The notes beneath the pieces were generated by a model. That model worked only from the letters and a program-made list of their open reading frames with translations. It did no database searches and was not told the origin of the DNA. Positions 34,576-46,289 of a stretch of DNA of 64,000 bases are shown in pieces; the stretch's first letter is position 1, and each line of letters opens with the position of its first letter. The DNA comes from Ginglymostoma cirratum. Its lineage: Eukaryota. The translations under genes were made by a program, and so were the position numbers. The stretch is taken from positions 1,174,333 to 1,238,332 of the forward strand of contig JAHRHZ010000036.1 in the NCBI GenBank assembly GCA_024137785.1, written 5' to 3'.

Positions 34576-35655
34576 CTGAAAATTACGTTGAACAAGGAAA
34601 ACATTCCAAGAATTGTAAAAAAAAAACAAGAGAAAAAAGGGAGAGAGGAGCATAGAACAATCCAGATCACTGAGGAAGTTGTGTCAGTAAAGCTAATAAG
34701 GTGGTCTAGTGGCTCAGTGGTTAGCACTGCTGCCTCATGCACCTGGGGCTTGGGTTTTATTCCACTCTTGAGTGACTGTTTGTGTGCAGTTTGCACATTC
34801 TCCCAGTGTTTGTGTGGGTTTCATCTGGGTGCTCTGGTTTCCTCCCACAGTCCAAAGATGTTCAGGTTAGGTGGATTGGCCATGGGAAATGCAGGGTTAC
34901 AGGGATAGGCAGTGTCTGGGTGGGGTACTCTTCAGTGGGTCAATGTGGGCTGAATGGCCTGCTTTCATAACTGTAGTGATTCTGTGAAAGTCTGACAAAT
35001 CCTTTGGACCTGACAGGCTAGACCCAAGAATCTTAAAGAAAGTGGCAATAGAATTAGAGGATGCATTATCTGTAATCTCCCGACATTCAGGAAAGTTCCT
35101 GATGGCTTTGATCGCTACAAATGTAGCACCTCCAGTCATGGAAGATAGAAAACAGGAAATTATGAGCATTTATTATCTCTTCTGTCAATAGGAAATTGTT
35201 AGAATCCATCATTAGATGAAATGTCAGTAAATCAGAATAGGATCAGGTAAAGTTAACATGGTTTTGTGAGGGGAAATTATGCTTGACAATGTTGAGGATC
35301 TAACAAGCAGGGTAGATCGATGGTGACCAGTAGATGTCGCGTGTTTGGATTTCCAAAGGCATTCAGTTGGCTGCCAAATGAAAGGTTAATGCTCAGGATA
35401 AGGAGTTGTAGTAATGGGGGTGGCATATTTGCATGCATAGAGAATTGGCAAACGAACAGGAACTACAGAGTCAGGGCAAGTGGATCATTTTAAAATTGGC
35501 AAATTGTAACTAGTGGACAGCTGTAGTGACCAGTGCTGGGTCTCAACTATTTACAGATTTGTATTCTCAGAATGGATGAAGGGACAGACTATATTGTAGC
35601 CAGACTTGCTGATGATAACAAAGGGAGGCAAGAAAGCGAGTTATGAGGAGGTGAA
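34576..35655 (+). mobile_element. CR1 ORF2 (RT) fragment with an HE1 insertion at 34700-34987
   Basis: KSDKSFGPDRLDPRILKKVAIELEDAL; PVDVACLDFQK; WIENW-like and ADD motifs. Confidence 0.8.
34700..34987 (+). mobile_element. HE1-type V-SINE
   Basis: gtggctcagtggttagcactgctgcctca...ggtttcctcccacagtccaaagatg. Confidence 0.9.
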
Positions 35656-35739
35656 CAACATGCGGCACATAAATGCATTTGTGTTCACAGGTTCGTACAC
35701 TTGTCAGAAGGCACTGTGTACACACTTCCCTTTGGGAAC

Positions 35740-36025
35740 TGGATCAGAAATCAAACAACACCAGGTTATGGTCAAGCATGGGGCTGGATGAACACAGCAG
35801 GTCAAGCAGCATCATAGGAGCAGGAAAACTTGACGTTTCGGGCCTAAACCCTTCATCAGAGGGTTTATTTGAAAACACAAGCTTTCAGACACTCACTCCT
35901 TCTTCACCTGAGGCTCTGAAACTTTGTGTTTTCAAATAAACTTGTTAGACTATAACCTCGTGGGTTGTGATTTCTGACCTTGTCCACCCCCCCACCCCCT
36001 GCCCAACACCGGCACCTCCACACTT
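35740..36025. mobile_element. Inverted pair of PLE pLTR fragments (15563 family) with an 85-bp insert from another PLE family
   Basis: caccaggttatggtcaa|insert|gggtttatttgaaaacacaagctttc is followed by its inverse ttgtgttttcaaataaac...gactataacct...caacaccggcacctccac. Confidence 0.75.
35829..35860 (-). ncRNA. Minimal hammerhead ribozyme core (PLE type)
   Basis: Minus strand reads CUGAUGA-A-GGGU-UUAG-GCCC-GAAAC-GUC: intact core boxes, a stem II and an ACGU palindrome. Stem I is truncated by the insertion boundary. Confidence 0.55.
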
Positions 36026-36639
36026 TGGGAACTGCACTGGGATAGCAATCTCTGTTGCAGCTGCCTGGGATCTTGAGTGAGAAACAGAAGCAGAGGAGTG
36101 AGCAATGTGGGGAGGAGAAATGAAAGGGGAGAAGGTGGGAAGTGGGGAGTAATATGGCTGAAATGTTGCTGGGGTGTGCTGGAAAGGCAGACTGAGCACG
36201 GCAGCCTTGTGCAATAGAGTCAGGTTACTGAACACCTGATCTGTGCCTCCAAGGTAACTTCTCCATGAATAATCTGCTAGAAGCTGAAGAGGTCTCTATG
36301 AGCAAACTACTGAATAATGCACATTCCATGCTCTACCTAACAGGTGGCACTGGTGGTTGTTACATGAGCCAGCTATTTAAGAGGAGACACACTCTAGGGA
36401 AACAAAGGTCCAAGAGTTAACCCATTGAATATTAAAGGATTACTGATGCTAGTTAATCTTGTACTGTGCACTTCAGCTAAAGCTTAAGGGGCCATGATTA
36501 ATTGCTATGGTTCCCAGTTGTTGACATGTTTCCTTATTATCCACCATGGCAAAGAGCAGATGTGCCGTTTACTTTGCAACACCTCTCACGATGACAGCTT
36601 CAGCCTTGGTAGAAATGCTTCAGGGCAAGTAAGGACACC

Positions 36640-36815
36640 AAGAGCATGAGAAATAGGAGTAGACCATTCAGTCCATCAAATCCACTCCACAGTTTGATAC
36701 AATCACAACTAGTCTTCACCTCCATCTTTCTGCTCCCTCCCTATATCCCTTGATTCCCTGACTGACCCAGAATCATTAAATATATTCAACATTGGAGCCC
36801 CCACATTCCTCTGTC
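36640..36815 (-). mobile_element. CR1 3' tip
   Basis: gaaataggagtagaccattcagtcc...atcccttgattccc. Confidence 0.6.
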
Positions 36816-36819
36816 TTGG

Positions 36820-38790
36820 AGCGTGAGGAGTTGTGGTATCACTAGGCTAGTAATCCTGGACCCTAGGCTAATATTCTGTGTTTCAAATCCTATCATGGTT
36901 TAACATAGAAACATAGAAGATAGGAGCAGGAAGAGGCCATTCAGCCCTTTGAGCCTGCTCAGCCATTCTTCATGATATTGGCTGATCGTCCAAGTCAATA
37001 GCCTTATCCTGCTTTCTCCCCATTAGCTTTGATCCCTTTCGCCCCAAGTGCTATCTCTAGTCACCTCTTGAATACATTCAATGTTTTGGCATCAGCTACT
37101 TCCTGTGGTAATGAATTCCACAGGCTCTCCACTCTTTGGGTGAAGAAATGTCTCCTCATCTCCGTCCTAAATTGTCTACCCCGAATCCTCATACTGTGAC
37201 CCCTGGTCCTGGGCACACCCACCATTGGGAACATCCTCCCTGCATCTATCCTGTCCAGTCCTGTTAGAATTTTATAAGTCTCTATGAGATCCCCCCCTCA
37301 TTCATCCGAACTCTAACAACAACAATCCCAATCTAGTCAATCTCTCTTCATACGTCAGACCCGCCATCCCCGGAATCAGCCTGATAAACCTGCACTACAC
37401 TCCCTCGAGAGCAAGAGCATCCTTCTTCAGAAAAGGAGACCAAAACTGCACACAATATTCCAGGTGTGGTCTCACCAAGGCCCTGTATAACTGCAACAAT
37501 ACATCCCTGCTCCTGTACTCGAAACCTCTCCCAATGAAGGCCAACATACCATTTGCCTTCTTTACCACCTGTTGCACCTGCATGCTTACCTTCAGCGGCT
37601 GGTGCACAAGGACAGCCAGGTCCTGCTGCACACTCCCCTCTCCCAATTTACAGCCATTCAGGTAGTAATCTGCCTTCTTGCTTTTGCTTCCAAAGTGAAT
37701 AACCTCACATTTATCCAAATTATACTGCATCTGCCATTGATCTGCCCACTCACCCAACCTGTCGAGATCATGCTGAAGGATTTCTGCATCCTTGTCACAG
37801 TTCACCCTCCACCCAACTTGGTATCATCTGCAAACTTGGTGATGTTATATTTTATTCCCTCATCCAAATCATTAATATATATTGAAAATAGCTGGAGTCC
37901 CAGCACCGATACCTGTGGTACCCCACTAGTTACTGCCTGCCAATTTGAAAAGGACCCATTAATTCCTGCTCTTTGTTTCCTCTCTGCCAACCAGTTTTCT
38001 ACCCATCTTAATACACTTTCTCCAATCCCATGCACTTTAATCTTGCACATTAATCTCTTATGTGGGACTTTGTAAATGCTTTCTGAAAGTCCAAATATAC
38101 TACATTGACTGGCTTCCCCTTGTCAACTCTACTAGTTACATCTTCATAGAATTCCAACAGATTTGTCTCACATGATTTCCCCTTCATAAATCTATGCTGA
38201 CTCTGTCTGATCCTGTCGCTGCTTTCTAAATGCTCTGTAATAAAATTCCTGACAATGGATTTGAGAATTTTCCCCACTACTGATGTTAGGCTCACCGGTC
38301 TATAATTCCCTGTTTTCTCTCTACCTCCATTTGTGAATATTGGAGTGACATTAGCCACCCTTCAATCTGCAAGGACTGTTCCGGAGTCTATAGAGTCCTG
38401 GAAGATGACCTCCAATGCATCCATTAGTTCCTTAAGTACTCTGGGATGCACATTATCAAGCCCTGGGACTTTATCGGCCTTCAATCCCAACAATTTTCCC
38501 AGCACCATTTCTCTTCTAATATTGATATCCCTCAGTTCTTTGTTTTTTTTTTAAACTCAATTTAGTTTAAAAAGGTGGAATAAAGAGCTTGTCTAATAGT
38601 GACCATGTATTTAATGTTATTAAAACCCATCTGGTTCACTAATGCTGCTTAGAGTAGGATGCTGTCCTGATCTGGTCTGAATCCAGACGCACAGCAATGT
38701 GGTTGATTCTTGACTGCTCTTCAGGCAATTAGGGATGGGGGTAATAAATGCTGGGCCAAGCCAGCGACATTCACATGACATAAACAAATT
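36820..38790 (+). mobile_element. SINE family B split by a CR1 insertion (head 36820-36900, body 38555-38790)
   Basis: The head (gtggtatcactaggctagtaatcc...ttcaaatcc) precedes the CR1. The core aaaacccatctggttcactaatg and the tail follow it. Confidence 0.65.
36901..38540 (-). mobile_element. CR1/HER1 LINE, 5'-truncated; the best-preserved RT domain in the window
   Basis: ORFs 38050-38358 ([35 protein letters not shown]), 37802-38050 ([27 protein letters not shown]) and 37395-37805 (KCEVIHFG; LVRPHLEYCVQFWSP). Frameshifts separate them. The tail is (ttctatgt)n. Confidence 0.95.
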
Positions 38791-39974
38791 TAAATAATTC
38801 ACAACTCTTTGAGTGGAGTAATGTTGCCTCATCTCAAAGAGATCCACCTGTATGCTGCACACCAGTTATAACAGAATCATTAGCGTTGAAGGGAGAGGCC
38901 TCCATGCTTGACGCTCAACAGTGGATTATAAGGCATTCTATCCTCAGTGCCTCTCACATCTTGGGAAGAAGTTAAAGACAGCAAGGATGAGAAATGTGTT
39001 GAATGAATGGGACTAAACATCAGTTATGTTGGAGATAATAAATCCCTAATGAGGTGCCAAAGACAGAACATAAGAGCTCAAAATATTGTCATGACTGATG
39101 ATTTAATAAAAGAAAGCATCAAAACTAAAACACCATTACTCCCCCCTATTCCAACACAAGGTTCATTTTATACATTTCACTGACATCATCACATTTTTAC
39201 AAAGATGTGTAGCAATGGGACAGAGAATGTAAAAACACAAAGTTGTGGGAGCAGGGAAATGGCCATCTAATCAGACAGGCTCATCTCTTTCCAGTTTCCA
39301 GTTCCCCTTTGACTCATCACATCCCTCTTGCCAGACAGATGCCTCAATGTGTTCTGCACCCATTCATTCTCTTCTCTTCAATTTCCTTCCATGGAGGATT
39401 TACTGCACCTAATTACTTTTAGTGTCAAACAGCGCCTCTTGACTTCTCTTTCTTCATCCTAACTTCTAAACTCCTTGCTCCAGATATTTCAATTCCTCAC
39501 CATGCACACAGTGGACAATTTGAATGGATCAACGTTAACAATCCTATTGATGATCTTAAAGTAATTATTGAGGCCAATGCTTTTGTGTGCAGGCTGTGGG
39601 GATCAGGCTTTGTGTTGATAGGGGAATGGTGGTGGCTTCCCTTTTTGTAAATAGCAACATAGTTTTGGGTTGCCCTAGGAGTAAAGACACATTTGCAAAT
39701 GACAGAGTGGCAAACTACCAGAGGAAACCAGTGTAATAATTGCAGAGAGCAATGCTTTAATATCACAGAACAGAACTAATCTAATTCTACAAGGGCCACA
39801 TATAAATTTTAGATGAATATTCCTATTGGCCTGTATGTATCTCAAGTTACTGGCAGATCTTGGGATGCCAATTTAGAAACTAGAGTTTGAATTAAACAGA
39901 GAACAGCCCTTTCACAAGCTCACCACCTGTGAAATTGAGAACAGGGTTTGTTTCTTGTTCGTTCCAGGAAATTG

Positions 39975-40620
39975 AGTATCACTGGCAAGGCCAAAATTTA
40001 TTGTCCACCTCTAATCGCACTTGAGGAGGTGATGATGATTTGCAGCAGGGCATGTGGTGTAGGGACACCCATATTGCTGTTGAGAGGGAGTTCCAGGATT
40101 TTGAACCCAGTGACACTAAAGGAACTGCAAAATATTTCCAAGCCAAGGACAGTGGGTAGCTGGTAGGTGCTGGTGTACCCATCTTTCTGCTGCCCTTTTC
40201 TTTTATTCATTCATGGGATGAGAGCATCACTGGTCAGACAGCATTTATTGTCCATCCCTAATTGCCCAGAGGGCAGTTTAGAGTCAACCACATTGCTTTG
40301 GGTCTGGAGTCACACGTAGGCCAGACCAGGTAAGGATGGCAGATTTCCTTCCCTAAAGGACATTAGTGAACCAGACAGGTTTTTCCTGACAATCGGCAAT
40401 GGGCTCATTGTCATCATTAGATTCTTAATTCCAGATATTTTATTGAATTCACATTCCACCATCTGCCATAGCAGGATTTGAACCCTGGTTCCCAGAATTT
40501 TGTCTGTGTCTCTGGATTAACAATCCAGCGATAATCCCACTAGGCCACTGCCTCCCCTATTGCCCATTTGGATGGTAGAGGGCATGGTTTTGATGGTGTT
40601 CTTGTAGGAGCCTTGACTAA
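39975..40620 (-). mobile_element. CR1/L2-group LINE 3' end with a SINE B insertion
   Basis: ORF 39979-40182 (LAWKYFAVP..SLGSKSWNSL) and a tail matching the SINE B tail. Confidence 0.7.
40202..40558 (-). mobile_element. SINE family B, full length
   Basis: Reverse complement is highly similar to 11835-12197. Confidence 0.9.
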
Positions 40621-40939
40621 TTTAAGCATAAATCAGGCAAGATTACCTTTGCTAGATGACTGCATTTTCAGAGTTTGAGGGACAAGTAGACAATTGGGTA
40701 CTGTGGAGATAAGATTTGATGAATATGTGGAGGTAATCTGTATTGTCACTATACGATCAGTCAGCATGAGTTAGTGTTATGTTAAAATGTTAGACCCTAT
40801 ACAGCTCAGAACATGTTCTTCTGTACATCCACAATCATGCACAGTCTTCATAAAAAAAATGTTAAACAGTAGCCTAAGAGTCTGGCCTGAACTTGTATGT
40901 CCCTCTGAAGAACCCACATTAAACATGATTCAACATGCA

Positions 40940-41170
40940 CCTCCCCGAATTCTAGGACCCAACTGAAAATATATGATTTCTCGCTCTCCCTCTTAACACT
41001 CCTTCTTTTTCAAAAAGGCATTGTCCTCAACTTTCTGCATCTTCCTCATAACTCTAATAAATATTTCGAGGTGGAAATTTGCCACTTAAATGGCGTAAAG
41101 TTGTTTGAAATCACCCTGTGATGCATGCTGGGACATTTACGATGATAAAAGTGCTACATAAATGCAGATC
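40940..41170 (+). mobile_element. L2-type LINE 3' end (old)
   Basis: ccctgtgatgcatgctgggacatttacgatgataaaagtgctacataaatgcag tail. Confidence 0.5.
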
Positions 41171-41449
41171 AACGTGGGACTGGATAATGGTAATGACACA
41201 TGGCATGTCTTCCCCAATTAAAGGACAGGACATTTATACCATGGGAGAAGGAAGAGGTGTAGACTCGGGTGGGAGGTTGGGAATTAAGTACCATAACAGA
41301 CAGAGAGGTGGCAAGCTTATCATTTTTGGAAAGAGGATTTTACTCCTATAATTGCCCTGGTTAGTTATGCCCAAAACAAATGGGGGAAGGGGTGGAAAGA
41401 ATAACTTTAACTGTGGGTCACTATTGAATTGGCTACTCATGAAATGCCC

Positions 41450-42200
41450 AGACATGTTACTTTATCCACAGTTTTCAGTGGGTAGGATAAACGAACAGGT
41501 TGTATGACAGATAATTCAATATAACACTGTTGGCAAATAACGCACTTCAATTACATGGGTCCGGAGCTGAAAGTTACAGAACCCAAGAATCTGCCACTTG
41601 GATGCATAAATCGACTTGAGTTGTTGTGATGGGGCGAGCCACGTAACAAAGATATATAAAAAAATAAATTCACCAGAGAGAAGGCACAGCGTTCTATCGC
41701 TCGCTGAAATGCTTTGAGCCTCTGCTGCAATTTCTAACCTCCTGCTTTTCCATTTCACAGGTACCTCTGAACACAAATCATTGTGACAACCCAATCATTG
41801 GGGGCCAAAATTTTATAGGACTGTTGAGTTGTGAAAGATGATTCACTGTACGAGGACGTTTCAGGTTTACAAGTAAATCTTTGAAAAGCTGCAGGTATTT
41901 TTTTTCTTTCTCTCCACCCCCCCGGGGGGGGGGGGCCCGCCCCATTATGTGAACACCACACATTCTCCATTAGGCTAGCGTTCCTTTTTCTCTCCCCCTT
42001 CTGTTCCATTTTACTGACAACCGCATCCTAATGGTCCTTTTAAACTCATGATGAATGCCTAAGCTGCACATTGATCGTCTGGGTGATTGATTACTGGATC
42101 CGTTTGACAGATGAGCTGCTAAGGTAGCTGCCAATATGGGGGCACAGAGGGGTGGATTACCTCACTGGAGAATCTAATAGATTCTGACCTGTTAGGGCAG
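41450..42200. promoter_or_regulatory. Candidate conserved non-coding element or enhancer
   Basis: Repeat-free and relatively CpG-retaining, with TGATTGAT (42084) and TGACAG (42105). Motif evidence only. Confidence 0.3.
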
Positions 42201-42804
42201 AGCTGCAACACCCTTGTTTTATAAGGATAAAAGGTTTTTTTTCTCTCTCTTTATAAGAGAAAAAAAAGGAAAGACAATTCATGGGTTACTTAACATGGAC
42301 AGACTGGTGGAGATTGCAGATTGTAAAATATGATGGATTATAGTATAGAAGGAGTAGACTAAATTGATCCAGTCGAAAATGTTTTTGTCTTCTTGTGAAA
42401 AATGGTCAATATCTACGTGGCTCTGTACTCTAGAGGAATAATTTACTTTTCATTTCTCAAAAGCATTTTTTTTAAAGTTTCTCTGTATTTGTTTGCAGGA
42501 ATGTCAAACAGGCAGAAAATATCACCCTTTACACTCCTCGTCCACCTCTATCCTGCTCCCCAACAAGACTGGTCTTCTGCCCCGCTCCCCAATAACGGTG
42601 GTCATCTTCCTCACTCCCCAGTAAGGGTGGTCTCCTGCCGACACTCCCTGGGGGTCTCTCACTCTCAGTATTTCATAAGTCAGAATCAATACACTGCATT
42701 CCTGCTTAGTCTTATTCCTGTGAGGCTAACCCTTTGATGACTGCGAAATAGGATTGTGTCAGGAGAAGTTTTATTTGTTAATTTGATACCACAACACCTT
42801 GCAC

Positions 42805-43072
42805 TAACAATCCCACCACAGTAGATGGTGAAATTTGAATTCAGTAAAAATCTGAAAGTAAAGGCTAATCTAATGGAAACCATTGGCAATTGTCGTAACA
42901 CAAAGCCATCTGATTCACTAGTGTCCTTAAAGGAAGGAAATCTGCCATCCTTACCTGGTCTGATCTACATGTGACTCCAGACCCACAGCAATGTGGTTGA
43001 CTGCCTTTTGTTATTAGGGATAGGAAATAAATGCTGACATAGCCATGAATGAATCCCATGAACTAATGTTAA
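42805..43072 (+). mobile_element. SINE family B, 5'-truncated
   Basis: gatggtgaaatttgaattca...ccttacctggtctg...gtgactccagacccacagcaatgtggttgac. Confidence 0.85.
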
Positions 43073-44204
43073 AAATATGCTCCTTCCATGCTGCAAGATA
43101 CTAAAATTTCATATTTTACCTCTTGTAGCATGATATTTTGTCACAGCTAGTTTTGGTCTCATCTCTCTGTTGAGCTTCACAGACATCTGCCTGTTGGGCT
43201 TTAACTGTAGGGTGTACATAGTGTCCAGAATGCTTGTCTTTAAATTCTTCTGAAGCTAAATGCATGTGGAAATTCTTGAAACAACCAAGGGCACTAGGTA
43301 TCACTCCTGTTCTACCCAGAAAATCCAAGTATGCTTTAGGGAAATGCTTTACCTCATTTAACTATTTCTATCCGCTGCATGTTATTTTTGCCACTTTGAA
43401 GGTCCTCCTCCATTTAGAAGGCATCTTGTCATTGGTGTTGGTATCCTGTAACAGGCCGAAGCTGTCTCTGTCTCTGGTTCGTGTGGCCCTTATGTTTATT
43501 GGACTGATATTCATTTGTTGAATTATGCAGCAAAATATTCCCAGAGATTTACAAGGTTTTCAATGTACAGTTGAGCACAAACACCGGTCTCCACCTTTCC
43601 CTTCTGGACCCTTTCCCTGCTCAGAAGCAAACTCTCCACTAGCTAAGAACCCTAGCTTTTTTTATATGTATAAAGAAACCCCACCTCGCTTAGAAATTGC
43701 CCAATTAACAATTTACAAGTGACAAAAAAAAAGAAGGGCAAAAACAACAAAAGAAATTAAGCCAAATTTGTTTTAGCGTGGAATATAATACACCCCATCC
43801 CCTGTAGTTCCTGCCTCTCCTTAATTGCTTTATTGCTTAAGTGCAACACCAAAGATAGGGGAGTGCAGAAAGAGAAGGAGGGGACTGAATTAAAATGGAG
43901 TTGGATGGGGAAATAGCACATTCCAGCCTCCGTGGTGCCTAACCTTCCTGTAAATACCTTGAGGGCATGAGTGAACACTACATGCAGGAGCAGGCCCACA
44001 GGAAGGTCCTCTGACCTGCCAGCCCCATGTTGCAAGGGTGCCGAAGGATCAGGAACATGGGGCTAATTGCTCAAGTTCCATTTCTTTAATTTCTGTTTTT
44101 TTCCTTTTATATCCAGAAGTGCTGTTACACACAATTGATTGTGTTTTTCCCATCAGCCTATCACCCCTAATATTTTTCAGTCTTTTAGCCACCAATAAAT
44201 GTAG

Positions 44205-44305
44205 GGTATGCAGGGTAGTTTGATCTTAGAGTAGGATAGTAGGTCGGCACAACATTGTGGGCCGAAGGGCCTGTACTGTGCTGTATTGTTCTATGTTCTA
44301 TATTC
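44205..44305 (+). mobile_element. CR1/HER1 3' tip
   Basis: ggtcggcacaacattgtgggccgaagggcctgtactgtgctgtattgttctatgttcta. Confidence 0.8.
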
Positions 44306-44629
44306 TAAATCACCTGTGTTTTACAATAGATTAATTTATGTGCAAACCCCTTTAAGGGCAATGCAGACCACAAAGGTGAGGGAGAGATAGGGAATTAGGG
44401 AGGCGGGGAGCTGAAATCAAAATGTAGTTGGAAGGAGAAATAAAACACTCTACCCCCTGTAGTGTCCATCTCTCTAAAGACATCAAAAGTATTGGTGCTC
44501 CCTCTTCAAGAATGACTGAGCATGAACATAGCCTGGAAGAGGGGCAGAAAGAATTCAGCTCTAAATGCAAAACCTAGTGAGTATCACCTACTCTCAGTCA
44601 ACCCTTGAGTGGTATGGGTGCTCCTTAAG

Positions 44630-44735
44630 ACAGTTGTGGTGCAGTGGTCATGTCCCTGCCTCTGAGCCTGAAGGCCTAGATTCAAGTACCACCTACATTA
44701 GAGGTGTGTAATAACACCTCTGAACAAGTTGAAAA
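44630..44735 (+). mobile_element. Short tRNA-headed SINE, family D
   Basis: gtggtgcagtggtcatgtccctgcctctgag...gattcaagt...gaggtgtgtaataacacctctgaaca; an antisense homologue lies at 55590-55700. Confidence 0.6.
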
Positions 44736-44954
44736 AAAATTTCTGTGTGACTCTCAAAGAGAGTTTCATTTCCAATTCTGATGCCTTTGGTGATCCTGTT
44801 GAATCTCTTTCTGTGCTGGTGGATAGCCCTATGAACCAAACTATTGTGCATCAGCTCTTTGAAACTTTAAATGTGTAATGAACCTGATTCCAAACTCTAT
44901 GCTTTTTAACAGAGGACTGAAGAAAGGAAAGTGAAAGGAAGAACAGATAAGGTA

Positions 44955-45655
44955 TAAAACCAAATCAGAATGTGCTGGAGAAGCTCAGCAAGTCTGACAG
45001 CCTCTGTGGAGAGAGACATCAAGTCCAATATGACTCTTCTTCAAGACAGATGGGGCTGGAAAAGTTTGGCTTATGTGCTATTGAGAAGGGGTGGGAGGTG
45101 GGAGGAGGATTAATAGAGTCATAGAATCATACAGCAAGGAAACAGATCCTTCGGTCCAACCAGTCCATGCCGACCATAATCCAAACTAAACAGTCCCACC
45201 TGCCTGCACTTGATGGGAAAGGTGCCGAGACCAAAAGACCAAGGGAATACTAAAGAGAGTAGAGAAAGGATATAGTTAAAGAGTAGCTGTTAATATTAGA
45301 TAATGGGTTAGCTGTGTTGAGAAACCACCCATTTAAACAAAAAATGGAGTGGTTATGGGGAATAGGGGGTAAATTAAAATGGAGAACAGAGTTAATATTC
45401 TGAATTTGGTGAGTCCTGAAAGGTGTAAAGTGCTGAAGAGGAAAATGAATTGCTACCTCTGCAGCTTGCGCTTGACTTGGCTGGAAATGTGCAACATGCC
45501 TAGGACAGAAATATTAGCAGGAGACCAAGATGGTGCATTGAAAGTGTACTGATATATTGGCAAGTGACCAAGAGGTCAAGGTCATTCTTACAGACAGAGT
45601 GAAAATGCCCTGCAGAGTGGTAAGCAGTCTGCATCTGGTTTTGCCAGCGTATCAA
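44955..45655 (-). mobile_element. Penelope-like element 3' part (GIY-YIG C-terminus and pLTR), with a CR1 tip at 45115-45210
   Basis: Minus strand: YAGKTRCRL...SVCKNDLDLLVTC..FNAPSWSPANISVLGMLH..QVKRKL..QFIFLFSTLHLSGL. Confidence 0.75.
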
Positions 45656-45810
45656 TTAGAGAACACAAGAGAAATTATCTGAACAAAATTTTGAAGAATA
45701 CCAGGACTTTCTGGACAGCACAGTCGGAGATAGATCTGACTTGAATGATAGTTAATTCTCATAAATAAAGTCTTGTCAATTCTCAGCTAAAGTGATTCTT
45801 GAGGCTAAAT

Positions 45811-46023
45811 AAAAACCGAAAGAACTGTGGATGCTGTAAATCAGGAACAAAAACAAAGTTGCTGGAAAAGCTCAGCAGGTCTGGCAGCATCTGTAAAGGA
45901 AAAAACAGAGTTAACATTTCGGGTCCAGTTCTGAGGAATGGTAACTAGACCCGAAAGGTTAACTCTGTCTTTTTCTTCACAGATACTGCCAGATCTGCTG
46001 AGCTTTCTCAGCAACTTTGTTTT
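45811..46023. mobile_element. Palindromic PLE mini-element with an 18-bp target-site duplication
   Basis: Inverted pLTR arms around ~45925. tgattcttgaggctaaat occurs at 45793-45810 and 46024-46041. Confidence 0.88.
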
Positions 46024-46119
46024 TGATTCTTGAGGCTAAATGTGTTGCAGATATGATAAGAACAGCTACAGTGCCAGTGATATTTCAGCACCATGGTCAG
46101 CAGAAACCAACTGAGAAAG

Positions 46120-46235
46120 CTTTCTCATTCATTCCCAGGATATGGACATCTCTGATTTGGCCTTCCCTAATCGCCCAGAAGAGTCACCCACATTGCTGTG
46201 AGTCTGGAGCCATGCATAGGCCAGTCCAGGATCAG
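46120..46235 (-). mobile_element. SINE family B 3' fragment
   Basis: ttcattcccaggata...ccctaatcgcccaga..gagtca.ccacattgctgtgagtctggag. Confidence 0.65.
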
Positions 46236-46289
46236 CAGAATATGGGGAAAGTGATTGGAAATTTATGTCTGTCAACTCAGTAAAGGTCT

